A stretch of 64,000 nt of DNA, from assembly GCA_964016885.1 (NCBI GenBank), contig OZ024742.1, positions 50,964,001 to 51,028,000 on the forward strand, written 5' to 3'. Position 1 is the first letter of the stretch; each line of letters begins with the position of its first letter. Of the stretch, positions 51,517 to 64,000 are shown piece after piece. The notes under the pieces were generated by a model. The model did not search any database and was not told the origin of the DNA. It was given only the letters and a program-made list of their open reading frames with translations. Made by a program: the position numbers and the translations under genes. Origin of the DNA: Eledone cirrhosa (Eukaryota).

Positions 51517-52196
51517 TTGTGTGTATGTGTGTATCTGTGTATGTGTGTGTATGAGTGGGTGTTTGTGTGTTTATGTATATAATATGAGAGAAAAAGAATT
51601 ATAGTTAAATATAGATAGATAGATCGATAGAAAACAGAGAAACGGCTGCAACATATTTACTTTCATTTGTGTATGAGGAAATATTGATCAAAACGGAAGA
51701 GACGTTGAATTTTTAAATATGTTCAGCTTTTAACATTTATTTTCAAGATATCTTAGATTATTTTGTTTTGGCAAAATTCAGGTTTAAAAGTTGCATTTCA
51801 GAATTAGATTGGAGAATATTCATATATATTTATGGACATTCATGCTTTTGTTAAAATATAATAAATACAGAACACATCCAATTTTGAAGCATCATGAACA
51901 TAATAAAAACATTGCTAAAATTGTGTATATCAAATTGTAGTAGTAGTAGTATTGTCTGAAACTCTGAACGAAAAAGTTACATCATAACTATAATTTCGAG
52001 TTTGAAAATATGCGGAAATCAAGCCATTATTTTTCTACAAAGAAAAGGAAATTGATATGAAATATTGAATATGCAAGAATATATCGCGTTTTGTTAATAT
52101 ATAAAGATAAACAAATGTACAAAAAGTGCAGACAACAAGCTACTTGATTACTCTAACGGTATGCACACACATACGCATGCATACACACACATACAT

Positions 52197-52261
<65 letters not shown>

Positions 52262-52269
52262 TATAAATG

Positions 52270-52300
<31 letters not shown>

Positions 52301-53879
52301 GTGTGTGTGTGCGTGCGCGTGCGTGTGTTTGTGTGTGTACCTGAGGTAACCATCAACGCCGAAGTGAAAGCAATCTTTCTGATGAGGTTTTCGGGTTCAA
52401 AACAAAGGTCACGCTGATATTGTAACTAATTATTTTCAATCGATTTTTCTGAACTAACCTATAATTCCATGTTTCATGCGATTTTCCTTAGATATCATTT
52501 ATCAGTGATTCGTTGAACGGCTCCTGTACTCTATACAATATTATGAATCTTAAGTAATGAAAAAAATAACTTATTAGAAACTAATCAAATTTGCATAAAA
52601 TTAATCGTATGCTTGAAATATATCTAGTTTTACGGATACGCAATTTGTGTTATGTAATTTATTTAATAGTCAATGATATTTTAGTTTATCTACCTTCATT
52701 CCATATTTATCATGAAATGCAGGACTGAATTTTACTTAATATATACGTAGTATAGGCTTCAAATGGAGACAATCTGTATTATCTCAGATATTTTTTTCTG
52801 AAATATCCTGCCAAGTCATATACTACTTTAACGAACGCACCACGTCACATAATTAGAAGAGTTTACGCGCCTGGCGTAGTGTGCTACCTTTTATTATCCC
52901 GTTTTTCAGGTAGTGATGCACTACTTTGTGATTGATGCTACTGCGCAGATCAATATTTAGATGCTCACTCGGGGAATATATAGGAATGTATTCATATATT
53001 CGTTAAGAGAAACACATGATCACTATTTTATATTCTACACCATCAAAGAAAATCAATTAACATTGCAAGCCGGGCAAAACTTAACTTCACACCAATAACC
53101 TCAGATGTGTTTGTGTAATTGGAAACGCTTTCTCCATTGTGTCCACCGGGGCTGTGGGTGGGGCCCATCGTTTTAGTTGTAGAAGAAAGAGGAAGACAAC
53201 AACTGGAAAGTCTGATTTTCTACTTTATCATTTACTTTCATTATCTATTATTATATATTAAACTTCCAACATAAGAAATGGATTTTAGAGCAACTTTATA
53301 TGATTTTACAGTTAAATAGTTATATATTAATTTGAGAAGAAATAGCCAAGAATGACGTTAACAATACTTGACACTCGTTATATTTTTTCATAATATTATA
53401 TTTTATAGTTTATCAAATATTATGTGTACTATACAATGCACTTTATGTTAGCTTCGTTTTATTACTATATTTATTGTTTAATGTATTCCATGTTTAAACC
53501 CTCGTGGATGACACATGTTTTTCTCAGTTAATTGTTATCTGATGTCTGAACTAATGTCTGAAGTAGAGAAAAAAGCAAAGCTTAACAAAACCTTCTGAAT
53601 AGCCAACAGATTGATGAAGTAGGGCAGATTGTCCGGTTGTTAAATATGTAGAATAAAATCCACTTGAGAGATATCTGCCCTGTGCCTATTAAAATAAATA
53701 TTTGTATTGGATACCCTAATTGTTCTTCAGTTTTAATCATATTTCTGATATTCGTTGTGTATTTTATGATAATTTTATATTTGATATTTTCTGTTAGCTA
53801 CGTTTTATTATGTATTGTTTACTGTATTCTATGTATAACCCCTTGTGGCTAACAACATTTATTACGAACATTATTAGTA

Positions 53880-54620
53880 TTATTCGCGCACGCATTTCTG
53901 GGGGTCATGGGGGCAGTCCTCAAAAACACCTTCCAGTGGGTCCTGTTAGAAGCAACCGTCTCCAACTGATCTGGCGCTATCCCAATACGGGACCAGCCAG
54001 GTTCATGGATGTTATCTAACCAGCTTTCTCGACGTCCATCCCTGGTTCTCATGCCTGTTGGCTTTGTGTGCGAAGTCTCTCCGGCGGTAGAATATGTGTC
54101 TTTGCAGACACATATTCTACCAACATTGCCATAATATCGGAGCCGTGATCTCTCAATTTGGAGAAGTAGCGGCTCTACCAAGAGGAACTCTCTGATCTTC
54201 AGGCTACGCACTCTATTGAGAAACGTTACTCTAAAACCCTTCGGAGGAGCCCCATCTCAACCGCTTGTATTCGTGATCGTATTCGTTCGGTCATTATCCA
54301 AGATGTGTGATCATATGTACCGATGGGCACGAAAATTACCTATTTGGCCTTTACACATACATTCCTTCTTACGATTACATAATTGAGAAGCTGGCGCATT
54401 ACTACACATGTTCCTCCAATTCTTGCACACAATTCAGATTTCTGCCTTCCATCTCTCGTGAACACGGCCTGAGATACTTGAAATTATCCACATGCTTCAG
54501 TGGAACTACATTCACGTGTAAGGTGCTCCATGCACAGATTTCCTTAACAGGACGCTTGCCTCAGTTTTCTTTACAGCACTGATTTTTATTCCAGGCAAGC
54601 AGCACTCGACATCAAATCTT
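53880..54620 (-). mobile_element. Decayed RTE-like LINE 3' fragment
   Basis: IREFLLVEPLLLQIERSRLRYYGNV...GRRESWLDNI, with an FKYL remnant upstream. Confidence 0.7.
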
Positions 54621-54639
54621 ACAGTATGGAGGTACCACT

Positions 54640-54970
54640 CTTTATGTTCTGAGTTCAAAGCCCGCTGAGGTTGTCTTTGCCTTTCATCCTTACGGGGTCG
54701 ATAAAATATATCACCAGTAATGCACAGGGTTCGATTTAATCTACTCCCCCCTCTTTCAATCGCTGGCCTTGTGCCTAAAGTATTTATTATTATTATTATT
54801 ATTGCTATTATTATTATTATTAATAATAGTAATAATTGTTTCTACTTTTGGCACAAGGCCAGCAATAATCCAGTGTATTACTGGTACTTTATTTTATCGA
54901 CCCCATAAGGATGAAAGGCAAAGTTAACCTTGGCAAGATTTGAACTCAGAATGGCAAGGGCCGTAACTCT
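54640..54970. mobile_element. Two tRNA-derived SINE copies in tail-to-tail orientation around an (ATT)n/(AAT)n tract
   Basis: Plus copy 54640-54782 (gagttcaaa, ctttgcctttcatccttacggggtcgataaaat) and minus copy 54836-54970. Confidence 0.75.
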
Positions 54971-57900
54971 ATGCGTCTTGTTGCTGTTGTTGTAGCGTTC
55001 TATTGTATGGCAATTGTTCAGCTTGTTATAGAATAGATTTAATTATTTTTCAGAACACAGGTTTACATTCTATTAATATTGTATAATTGTCTCCGGGATA
55101 AATATGTAATTTAGAACGAAGACGAATTCTTCACTCCTTTTGATTTAGAAGAATTGACAATTGTAGTAATAGATAAAAGAAAAAAACAATAGCAGCAATA
55201 GAAATTCGATTGCTACGATCAGTGTGATGTTTTATGGGGTGCAGCTGGATAAGAAGTGTTCATTTGTGTTTAAAATGAGAAGAGAACATGTGATTGATTC
55301 ATTGTTTTTCCTTTTGATGTAATCATTGATTTTATTTCTTTCACGCCATCATTCCTTTGACAGTGTCCACATCCTAGAGTTACACAATAGTGGAAGGGCC
55401 ATAAATTATCGTTTCCTATGTGGTTTATGTAACAGAAGAATAGAAACAAAACGAAAATGAACGGCTGCTGGTATGTTGTTTTGCAGCAACCAACAACAAA
55501 TACGTATACTAGAGTTATAAAGATGTATTCATTGTGTAATAAAATAGGGCCTCGTGTGGGCGGTATCCTATTTTGATTGCTGAAACACTATCAATTGAAT
55601 CTTCTTTCAACGGAAATTATTGTCCACAAGGGTTTTTCTTCAGGTTTTCGCATTAAAGTACAAAAGCCAAACGACGAAATAACTGCGACTACCTGGTTAC
55701 ACGATCTTCTAGAATCAAATCACGTCGTATTGCATAATATTAGACACATTTGGATTTGCAGTCCTAAATACTCTTAATATTAAAATAGGTTTCATCATAG
55801 ATCTGTTAAAGCAGATACACGCCAATATTATATAATATCACTGATGTTTGTACACTGATATGGAAGTTAATATGTACCAAAGTATAGAAGGTATTGGATT
55901 AAAAAATATTGTATGTTTATGTATTAGAAGTTGAGTTTTCGAAGTATGTATATTAGCACTGATCCTAGAATTTGATACCAGTAATTTTAAGACATAATTC
56001 CATGAACGAAGTCGACCAAACCTATTTCTTCTAGCACTGAGAAATATCAATAATTATGAAGTAATTTTCTTTGAAGATTGAAGATGTATTTTACTGTATT
56101 ACAAATATATTGTCAAATATATCCTACTTTCTATGTCCGCATAATGTTGTATCTCAATTTCTACACTTAAACATTGAAAATATAACCGGAATAAAAAAAA
56201 TATATAGTTGATATTTGCGCACGGTTCACCTTCGGTGCCTCTCTATAACTATTTTGTGATCTGACAACAACCACAATATGTATGTCTAAAACAAACCCGA
56301 GGAATATTATTAAACATTTGTCAAACCGCATAAGTATCCTGTGCTCTGTTCTGTTACTTTTTTCTGACTTGAAGTCACACGATTACCCAAACATTCATCT
56401 TTCACAAAAAGGTGGAATAAATCTCTAAAAGAAGTTTGGTTCTTGAGCTATCTCGTTTTTATTTAGACATTGTTTGAAAGTCTATACATTTCTCTTTCAA
56501 TGAGAAAGTAAACCAGTTTCCTCAATTGTGACGATCCGAACTGGCTACATTTGCCGATGGCACGTTATTAATCGAAATATGTTTAACTGCAGCCTCATAT
56601 CCATTCTTTCACAACCTATCATGTTCTAAATTACTGTACTGGATAATAAACTAGTCGAAAATATATCGCCTATAAAAATGAGCGTATAAAAACGTCATTT
56701 AAAAAGATATGCTCAAATAACAATAATAACCGATAAAAGAAGCATCAGTATGCTTTCCTACTGCTTCATCGTCTTGCTATAGAATGTAATTTATATAGAA
56801 TAGAATGCCTTTTGATCCGGAATTTCTTTCAGCGCGTTTCCTTGAGAAAATTTCATTTATTATATTATTCCAACAATTACCCCGTTTTGTGGAATATCAG
56901 CACCCAACTGTAATAAGTAGCGTGTTAGCGTTATATGTCTTGAAACAACGTCAAACACGTTATCATTCCTTTTAATTACATGCCCTCTATATAAAATAAA
57001 ATCGATCATATATCATATAAGTGAAACTTGTTTCAATGAGTTATTTTACCGCGATCTTATTCTTCTTGCATTGTCTATACTCACCTAGTATTTCAACGTT
57101 CAAAAACTATAATTCGATCTTAACCCCAGAAGAATGATTAACAGAATTAATAGTGTGACATTCAAGTTGGATGGCGGCAATTGTATTCTCCGGCATCAGT
57201 TCAAATATCATACCATCATTAACTATGATCTGTCCTTAAAATAAATATATATTTCGTACTGGACTCGCTATAACCGATGTTTACACGTTTTAAAATACGT
57301 TTCGTGGTGCCTAATATAACATTAGACTTTCATCCCTGAACTACGTTCCCACGTACCTTCCTCAAGTAGCGTGTGCATGTATCTTCATATATTTACATGA
57401 ATGCTATACATATTTATATAACTATATTTACTAGGTCATGGTTATGTTGACTTGTTTATTAGTTATTTTTTCCGATAATAGAAAAGGCTACCATTCTCCC
57501 GAAACCTTAATCCTCAATCTTATTTTATTTCATCGGATTTGTGTGTGTAGATATACATAGACATTTTCTAAATATTATTGTTGTTTCATGCCTACCACTT
57601 TCCATGCTCTTGCTTCTCGGCTCTAGCTTCTGATCTCCTCTCACCTACCGCAATACATCTTCACTTATAACATCAGCCTTTTTCTTGTGAAGTTATTTAT
57701 ATCCATAGCCTCTACCATCCAATTATTCGCTATTTTTGGTTTGCAAAAACACCTTGCCGGAGATATTGTGGCGAATAAATTAATATGTAATTTTTAAAAT
57801 TTTATAGGCATAATTTATCAACAAAACACACCACCAACGCGCCTAGATATAAATTTTATTTTACATTGAAGATATGCAAAACTGAGATGGCATTTGATTA

Positions 57901-59083
57901 TTCTATACACATTTCATGATTATATAATTTGTATAAACTTTTCTGTTTCACATTAAGCTTTTTTGTCAGGAGCATATATGATTATTTCATCGTATTCATG
58001 ATAGGTAGTGACTTTGAATCCACACACAATTTCTGTTCTCGCTTGAAAGAGTTATCTAGTTTTCATGTATACTGCATATCATTTGGTTTAATACTTTACA
58101 ATTAAATTCTTCCAAATGACTGAGGTACATAGGCGGAGGAGAAAAACACATTTCTGCATTGCGGTAATGGACAGTAGTACGTTAATACTACATTTTAGAG
58201 ACACCGTATCCAAATGCATGCGCCGAAATTTGTGGAAAGATTTTGCTTCATTTCACACTTTACTCTTATGGTTATGATTGTAATTTTACTTTCTGCAAGT
58301 CTTCACACATCTCTCTTTTCATCCATTCTTGGCGTTAATTTGTACTAGCGAAAGATTCTTTAAGAATTCTAATATCATAATATTCCTTGCGCCAGCACAC
58401 ATTTGAGTGGAAAGCAAATCCTATACCTAATAAGATCGAATTTGGAATTCCTGCTGTTATAGAAAAGTCATATGATGAAAATTATATTTAGCTCATACTG
58501 TATTATTCCTACTCGTCATTGGGTAACACAGCAGTTGTTTACGATGAAATTTCAGTGAGAAGTGTGAATTGATAACAGACTTCAAATTTACTTTTGCTAT
58601 TATTTTTCTCTTTCTTATTTTCTAACTCCCATTTTCTATATTAAACGTCTGACAAACTGGAAGTGGGACTGTAACAGACTTTGCGTGTTTGTGTGCGGAT
58701 GCAGAGTGGTGGATAAACGTGTTAATGAAACAACAGTGGTAAAACATTACATGCGTTATATTTTTAAACTAAAACAATTATTCTCAGTATATATATATAT
58801 ATATATATGAAAAATATGGGGAGAAGAATACTGCATGGTTGCACATGGATTACATATTATAAAATTAGTCCCTCATCAGTGATTTGCCAACGATCTTTGG
58901 TATTTCATCACATTAAAAATGATATACCTCACGTTGGTGCGAGCAATAACTAAAATAAGTTAATATATACATACATACTATATATATATATATATATGTA
59001 CGTTATTCCGGGTTGAATCGGAGGTAACCACAGTAAGTAAGGTACTCAATACATAGCAGAGTATAAAAGTTTTAATATAGATG

Positions 59084-59134
59084 AGATTCTACAGGACTAG
59101 AACTGTTTCATTCTTTAGAAATCATCAGGAATCT
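59084..59134 (-). ncRNA. Type I hammerhead ribozyme (family M)
   Basis: Minus strand: agattc-CTGATGA-t ttct aa agaa t-GAAA-cagttctagtcctg-TA-gaatct. The flank 58999-59083 matches 48985-49060. Confidence 0.85.
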
Positions 59135-59589
59135 GGGTATCAACAAATAAAAATGGTATTTATAGGTCTCTACAAGTGGTAGGAGAGGGTGGGGAGTGGG
59201 ATGGGTGTAGGTCATTGGTTGATAGAAAAGGGAATTCATTAAAAGCTAATTCTACAAAGCTATAGTTTATTTTTATTTATTTATGTTTTTAGAGTAACAA
59301 GGGCAGACAGAATTCAATAAACAGGTTCCGGATGGCATACCATTCCTTGTCATTAAGTTTCTCTTAAGCTAACAGATGTCTATAAGATCAGTGGGGGGTC
59401 AGTCATAGTCGATAGAATTAAAGAAAAGGGAGATTATTTAAAAGCTAAAATCATTAAGGTTCTACTAAGTGACAAAGGTTTAGAGAATTCTGTAGACAGA
59501 TTCAAAATACTGAGTGCATATCTTACAATTATCTTCGAACTTCTCTTAAACTAATCAACTATATGCCAAAAATCGACAGACACATTCAC

Positions 59590-59721
59590 AAAAAAACATA
59601 CTCACTCACACACTCACGCGCAACCATAAACACACATACACATACACATATACACACATAAAAACACACACACATATATATATAAATATATTTATATACA
59701 TACATATACATACACACATAC

Positions 59722-59807
<86 letters not shown>

Positions 59808-59987
59808 TATATATACATACACACACACATACATATATATACACACACACACACACATATATACACATATAAATACACTCACACACATACATACATACAA
59901 ACACAAATATACATGTGTATACATATACACACAAATACACATAGATATATATACATATATATACAGATATATATATATATACACATA

Positions 59988-60042
<55 letters not shown>

Positions 60043-60175
60043 TCATACATATATATATATATATAAAACACATACACACACATATATACACACAAACACA
60101 CACCCACACATATATATATATATATATATACATAAACAAGTATATACATATACATACACACACACACACATGCAT

Positions 60176-60222
<47 letters not shown>

Positions 60223-60573
60223 TATACACATATATAAGGAAAACGCACCATACATACATATATATATATATACAGAGAGAGAGAGAGAGAGATACACCAT
60301 TCATAGATATATTCATACATATATACATACACACATATACATATATATATATACACATATATACACACACATATATATATATATATACATATATACAAAT
60401 ATATGTACATATATATATATATTTCCACATACATACACATATATACACATAAATATATATATATATATAAAAAAAAAATATATATATATATACACACACA
60501 TACATACATATACACACATATATATATACACATATATATATTTACATACAAACATACATACAAACATACATAT

Positions 60574-60636
<63 letters not shown>

Positions 60637-60669
60637 TACACACACACATACATATATATATACACACAT

Positions 60670-60710
<41 letters not shown>

Positions 60711-60918
60711 CATATACACACACATATATACACACACACACATATACACATGTATATATACACACACACACACACACATACACATGCATATGTATAAATA
60801 TATATATACATACATATATATATATATATATATCCATATATATACAAATATACACATACATACACAGACCTATACGTAAATATACACATATATACAGACA
60901 TATAACGCATATATACAC

Positions 60919-60950
<32 letters not shown>

Positions 60951-61060
60951 GCATACACACATACAGACACACACACACACAAATATATATACACACTCTC
61001 TCTCACGCACGTATATATATATATACACACATATATATATATACATATATACACACATAC

Positions 61061-61111
<51 letters not shown>

Positions 61112-61176
61112 TATACACACCTGCCCACACACACATATATATATATGTATACACACACACACACACAAACACACAT

Positions 61177-61219
<43 letters not shown>

Positions 61220-61500
61220 TACATATATACATATACATATACATACACATACATATACATACATACATACATACATACATACATACATACATACATACAT
61301 ACACATACACATACATAAACATATATACACATATATATATATACATATATATATATATACACATATATATACATATATACATACACATACATACATAAAT
61401 ATACACACATAAAACACATATACACACAAACATATATGTATATATATACACATACACATACATATACACACATACAAACAAATATATACATATACAAATA
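59590..61500. repeat. About 1.9-kb compound (TA)/(CA)/(TACA) microsatellite
   Basis: Direct observation. It explains all YI/CV/HT-rich ORFs here. Confidence 0.95.
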
Positions 61501-61675
61501 AATAAGTACTCAATAAATATACGCATATACGCAGGCACATAAAAACACCTCTACAGGCAGAAAATGTAGATACGAAAGAGGTACTCACATAACCATAGTG
61601 GCCGTATTTCAGGTTGAGGAGGGGTGGGGGTAGGGTGGGGAGGAGCTATAGGGGCCAATAGGGGGAGGTCGTTTT

Positions 61676-62266
61676 TAGCCATCGGGTTTTAACACTGGCT
61701 TAAAGTGTTTGAAAGTTGCAAAGTTCTTGTGCATGCAGTTCGGGCAGTGTTCAGAGAGTTTGTTCAGTAGCGGGCGGGCCCTTGGCGAATAAAATTTCGT
61801 AGCTCTCTGAAATACAAACGTCGCAGCCCTTGTGTCCTCCGCTGTAAGAGCGCGCTTTCTGGAGTATTTTCCCTTTAAGCGTGAAGGGGTGGAGTTCCTT
61901 TTGCGGTCCCAAACGTAGGAGGCGAGTGTTGTCTGATTTGATTTATCCGGTCTTCTGAAGGAGTGGGTATCGGCATACCAACGGGTCTTAAAGTTGTTGG
62001 AGGTCATGCCGATGTAAGTTTTTTTGCAATCCTCGGTGCCCGAGATGACATCGCATTTGTACACGATATCATTTGTGAGGCATTTGTTTTCAAGTGGGCA
62101 TGCTTCCTTATGTAGGCAATTACATAGAGCCCCAGTCCGGGGTTTGGTTTCGGAGGTGGTTGGCTTATTTAATTTTTTAGAATTGTGGTTGGCTATATTC
62201 CTAGCTAGGTTAGGTGTGGTGGAGTAAGACAGTCTTATTGTGTTCTTATTAAAGGTGGTGTGGTAC
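61676..62266 (-). pseudogene. Hydra-type PLE linker + GIY-YIG fragment
   Basis: FNKNTIRLSYSTTPNL...CNCLHKEACPLENKCLTNDIVYKC...YIGMTSNNFKTRWY...CMHKNF. Confidence 0.85.
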
Positions 62267-62450
62267 CTAATTAGTTGGGAGTGATATTTTAGTAAGTAAG
62301 TTAATTTTATAATTTTCTTATTTTACGTCTCTCATATTATTGTTCTGCAACTCCATGCATTGAACCACAATGTTACTAAGACAAAACCTATATATTTGCT
62401 AGCATTGATATGCATCTGTATGTATATACATGTTACTAGATATTAATTCT

Positions 62451-62515
<65 letters not shown>

Positions 62516-63184
62516 AATTAATATCTAGTAACATATATATACATACAGATGCATATCAATGCTAACAAATATATAGGTTTTGTCTTAGTAACATTGTGGT
62601 TCAATGCATGGAGTTGCAGAACAATAATATGAGAGACGTAAAATAAGAAAATTATAAAATTAACTTACTTACTAAAATATCACTTCCAACTAATTAGTTT
62701 CTGGAATGGAGTAAATATATTTTCCGAAGAAGATATAGAGAAACATTCCGTTGTCAGGGAAATCTTTATAATTCTTTACAATTCTTTATAATTATCTCCA
62801 AATTATTTGTCGAGCAATATTGGCCATGACTGCTGCTATGGTAGTAGGCAGGCCGCTGTCTTATTAGCAAACCACTTTCCACTGATTGACCTCGATGTCA
62901 CGTGATTGATTCTTTTTGAATTTGCCACAGACGCAGAGGCAGTGATTTTCTCAATGGCTAGGAATTCAGTCCACGCTTTGCTATTTCCTATCCACTAAAT
63001 TATTTTTTAATAAGTTTCCAGAGTCCTCGCTTTGCCTGGAAACTTAGCTGAGAATAGACTTCCCTGACGACGGAATGTTTCTCTTTATCTTCTTCGGAAA
63101 ATATATTTACTCCATTCCAGAAACTAATTAGTTGGAAGTGATATTTTAGTAAGTAAGTTAATTTTATAATTTTCTTATTTTACG

Positions 63185-63193
<9 letters not shown>
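62267..63193. mobile_element. Retrozyme-like family C composite with a (TA)n-centred inversion
   Basis: Plus segment 62267-62458, then (TA)n, then a minus arm 62511-62761 (HHR 62682-62761, CTGACAA variant), then plus 62780-63193 (HHR 63058-63139). Confidence 0.85.
63058..63139 (+). ncRNA. Type I hammerhead ribozyme (family C)
   Basis: acttcc-CTGACGA-cggaatg...cattcca-GAAA-ctaattag-TT-ggaagt. Confidence 0.88.
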
Positions 63194-63218
<25 letters not shown>

Positions 63219-63260
63219 TGCTTTGCAAGATTACTCATCTGAAAACGTGTGGTGGAAGAG

Positions 63261-64000
63261 ATATTGTTATACTTTGGGAGAGTCATGTTTCCAATAAAAA
63301 CACACGCACCTCTGTTTTCACTTCAATTTATTATAAATTTCCGATTGGTGTATTGGTTGGTTTGATAATTGTGATCTACTCAGAGACTTGATTTTTATTT
63401 TGTTCCTCTCCTTTGTTCTGTCCTACACCATGTTGTGTTCTTAGTTTGCACATGCGTTACATCGTGGGGGGATGGTTATTTATTTATGTATTTATTTACT
63501 TGTCACTAGTTTGTTGTTTTGTCGATCAGTGTGTCTCTCCTTTGTTTTGTTCATTTAATTTTTGTGTGTATGTCTTCATTTTGTCCTTAATTACTAGTTA
63601 TGATGTTGCTATTCAACTCATGTTTTCTCTATAATTTTGGTTGGAGTTTGTTTATGTTTGTCACCTCTGTGATTTGTCCGAGCATTGCATCTTGTCTGTA
63701 TGTGGATATAATTTTGTATTTCTATTTCTCTAATGTGCCCCTATGTTTTATTTTGGCATGCTGGTGGAGTACTGATGATTTTTCCCATCCTGGGGTTCTC
63801 GCCAGTGTTTACTTCTACTTTCTCCTATGCTAAGTCCTGTTAGATCTATGTATGTTATATTCATATTCATACACTATCCCTTAGTTTTGCAGTTAGTTTG
63901 CAGTCTTAGCTTGCAGACTATTCATTTCTTACCAGCACAGGTATATCTTTGAAACGGGTATTTTTTTCATAATTAGGGAATTTATGGGAATACCTAGACT
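63261..64000 (-). mobile_element. Decayed Neptune-type PLE 3' part (family H), runs off the window
   Basis: The terminus matches 18330-18410. Minus-strand remnants INSLIMKK/YPFQRY.C...IVCK..NCKTK are homologous to the 19039 ORF. Confidence 0.65.

Noticed and set aside
52875-52925. Hairpin gtagtgtgctacc...ggtagtgatgcactac as a pre-miRNA
   Set aside because: The stem is short and bulged with a large loop, and I recognise no mature miRNA in it.
59586-61588. Long ORFs (up to 423 aa) rich in YI/CV/HT; similar ones at 99-444, 35092-36113 and 36642-37215
   Set aside because: They are translations of dinucleotide microsatellites lacking stop codons, not genes.

Overview
AT-rich, microsatellite-dense animal DNA with no intact host gene that I can support. 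The SINE and RTE content resembles octopod cephalopod repeats, but this is inference. The window is dominated by Penelope-like retroelements (PLEs: telomerase-like RT plus GIY-YIG endonuclease, with both CxCx5C 'Hydra-type' and Cx4Cx2C 'Neptune-type' linkers) and by many non-coding, retrozyme-like derivatives, almost all embedded in (TA)n tracts. By eye I count about 35 type I hammerhead ribozyme (HHR) motifs, intact or with single core substitutions, in about 14 sequence families. Most have a palindromic stem III. They sit in tandem units of 317-708 bp and in a recurring 'tail-out' inverted arrangement. The clearest case is a near-identical 485-bp HHR array at 38256-40906 (about 1.8 units on minus, about 3.7 on plus). 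Also present are three RTE LINE relics, two non-autonomous Helitrons, a Tigger-like MITE and tRNA-derived SINEs. All RNA structures were folded by eye and none has been tested.
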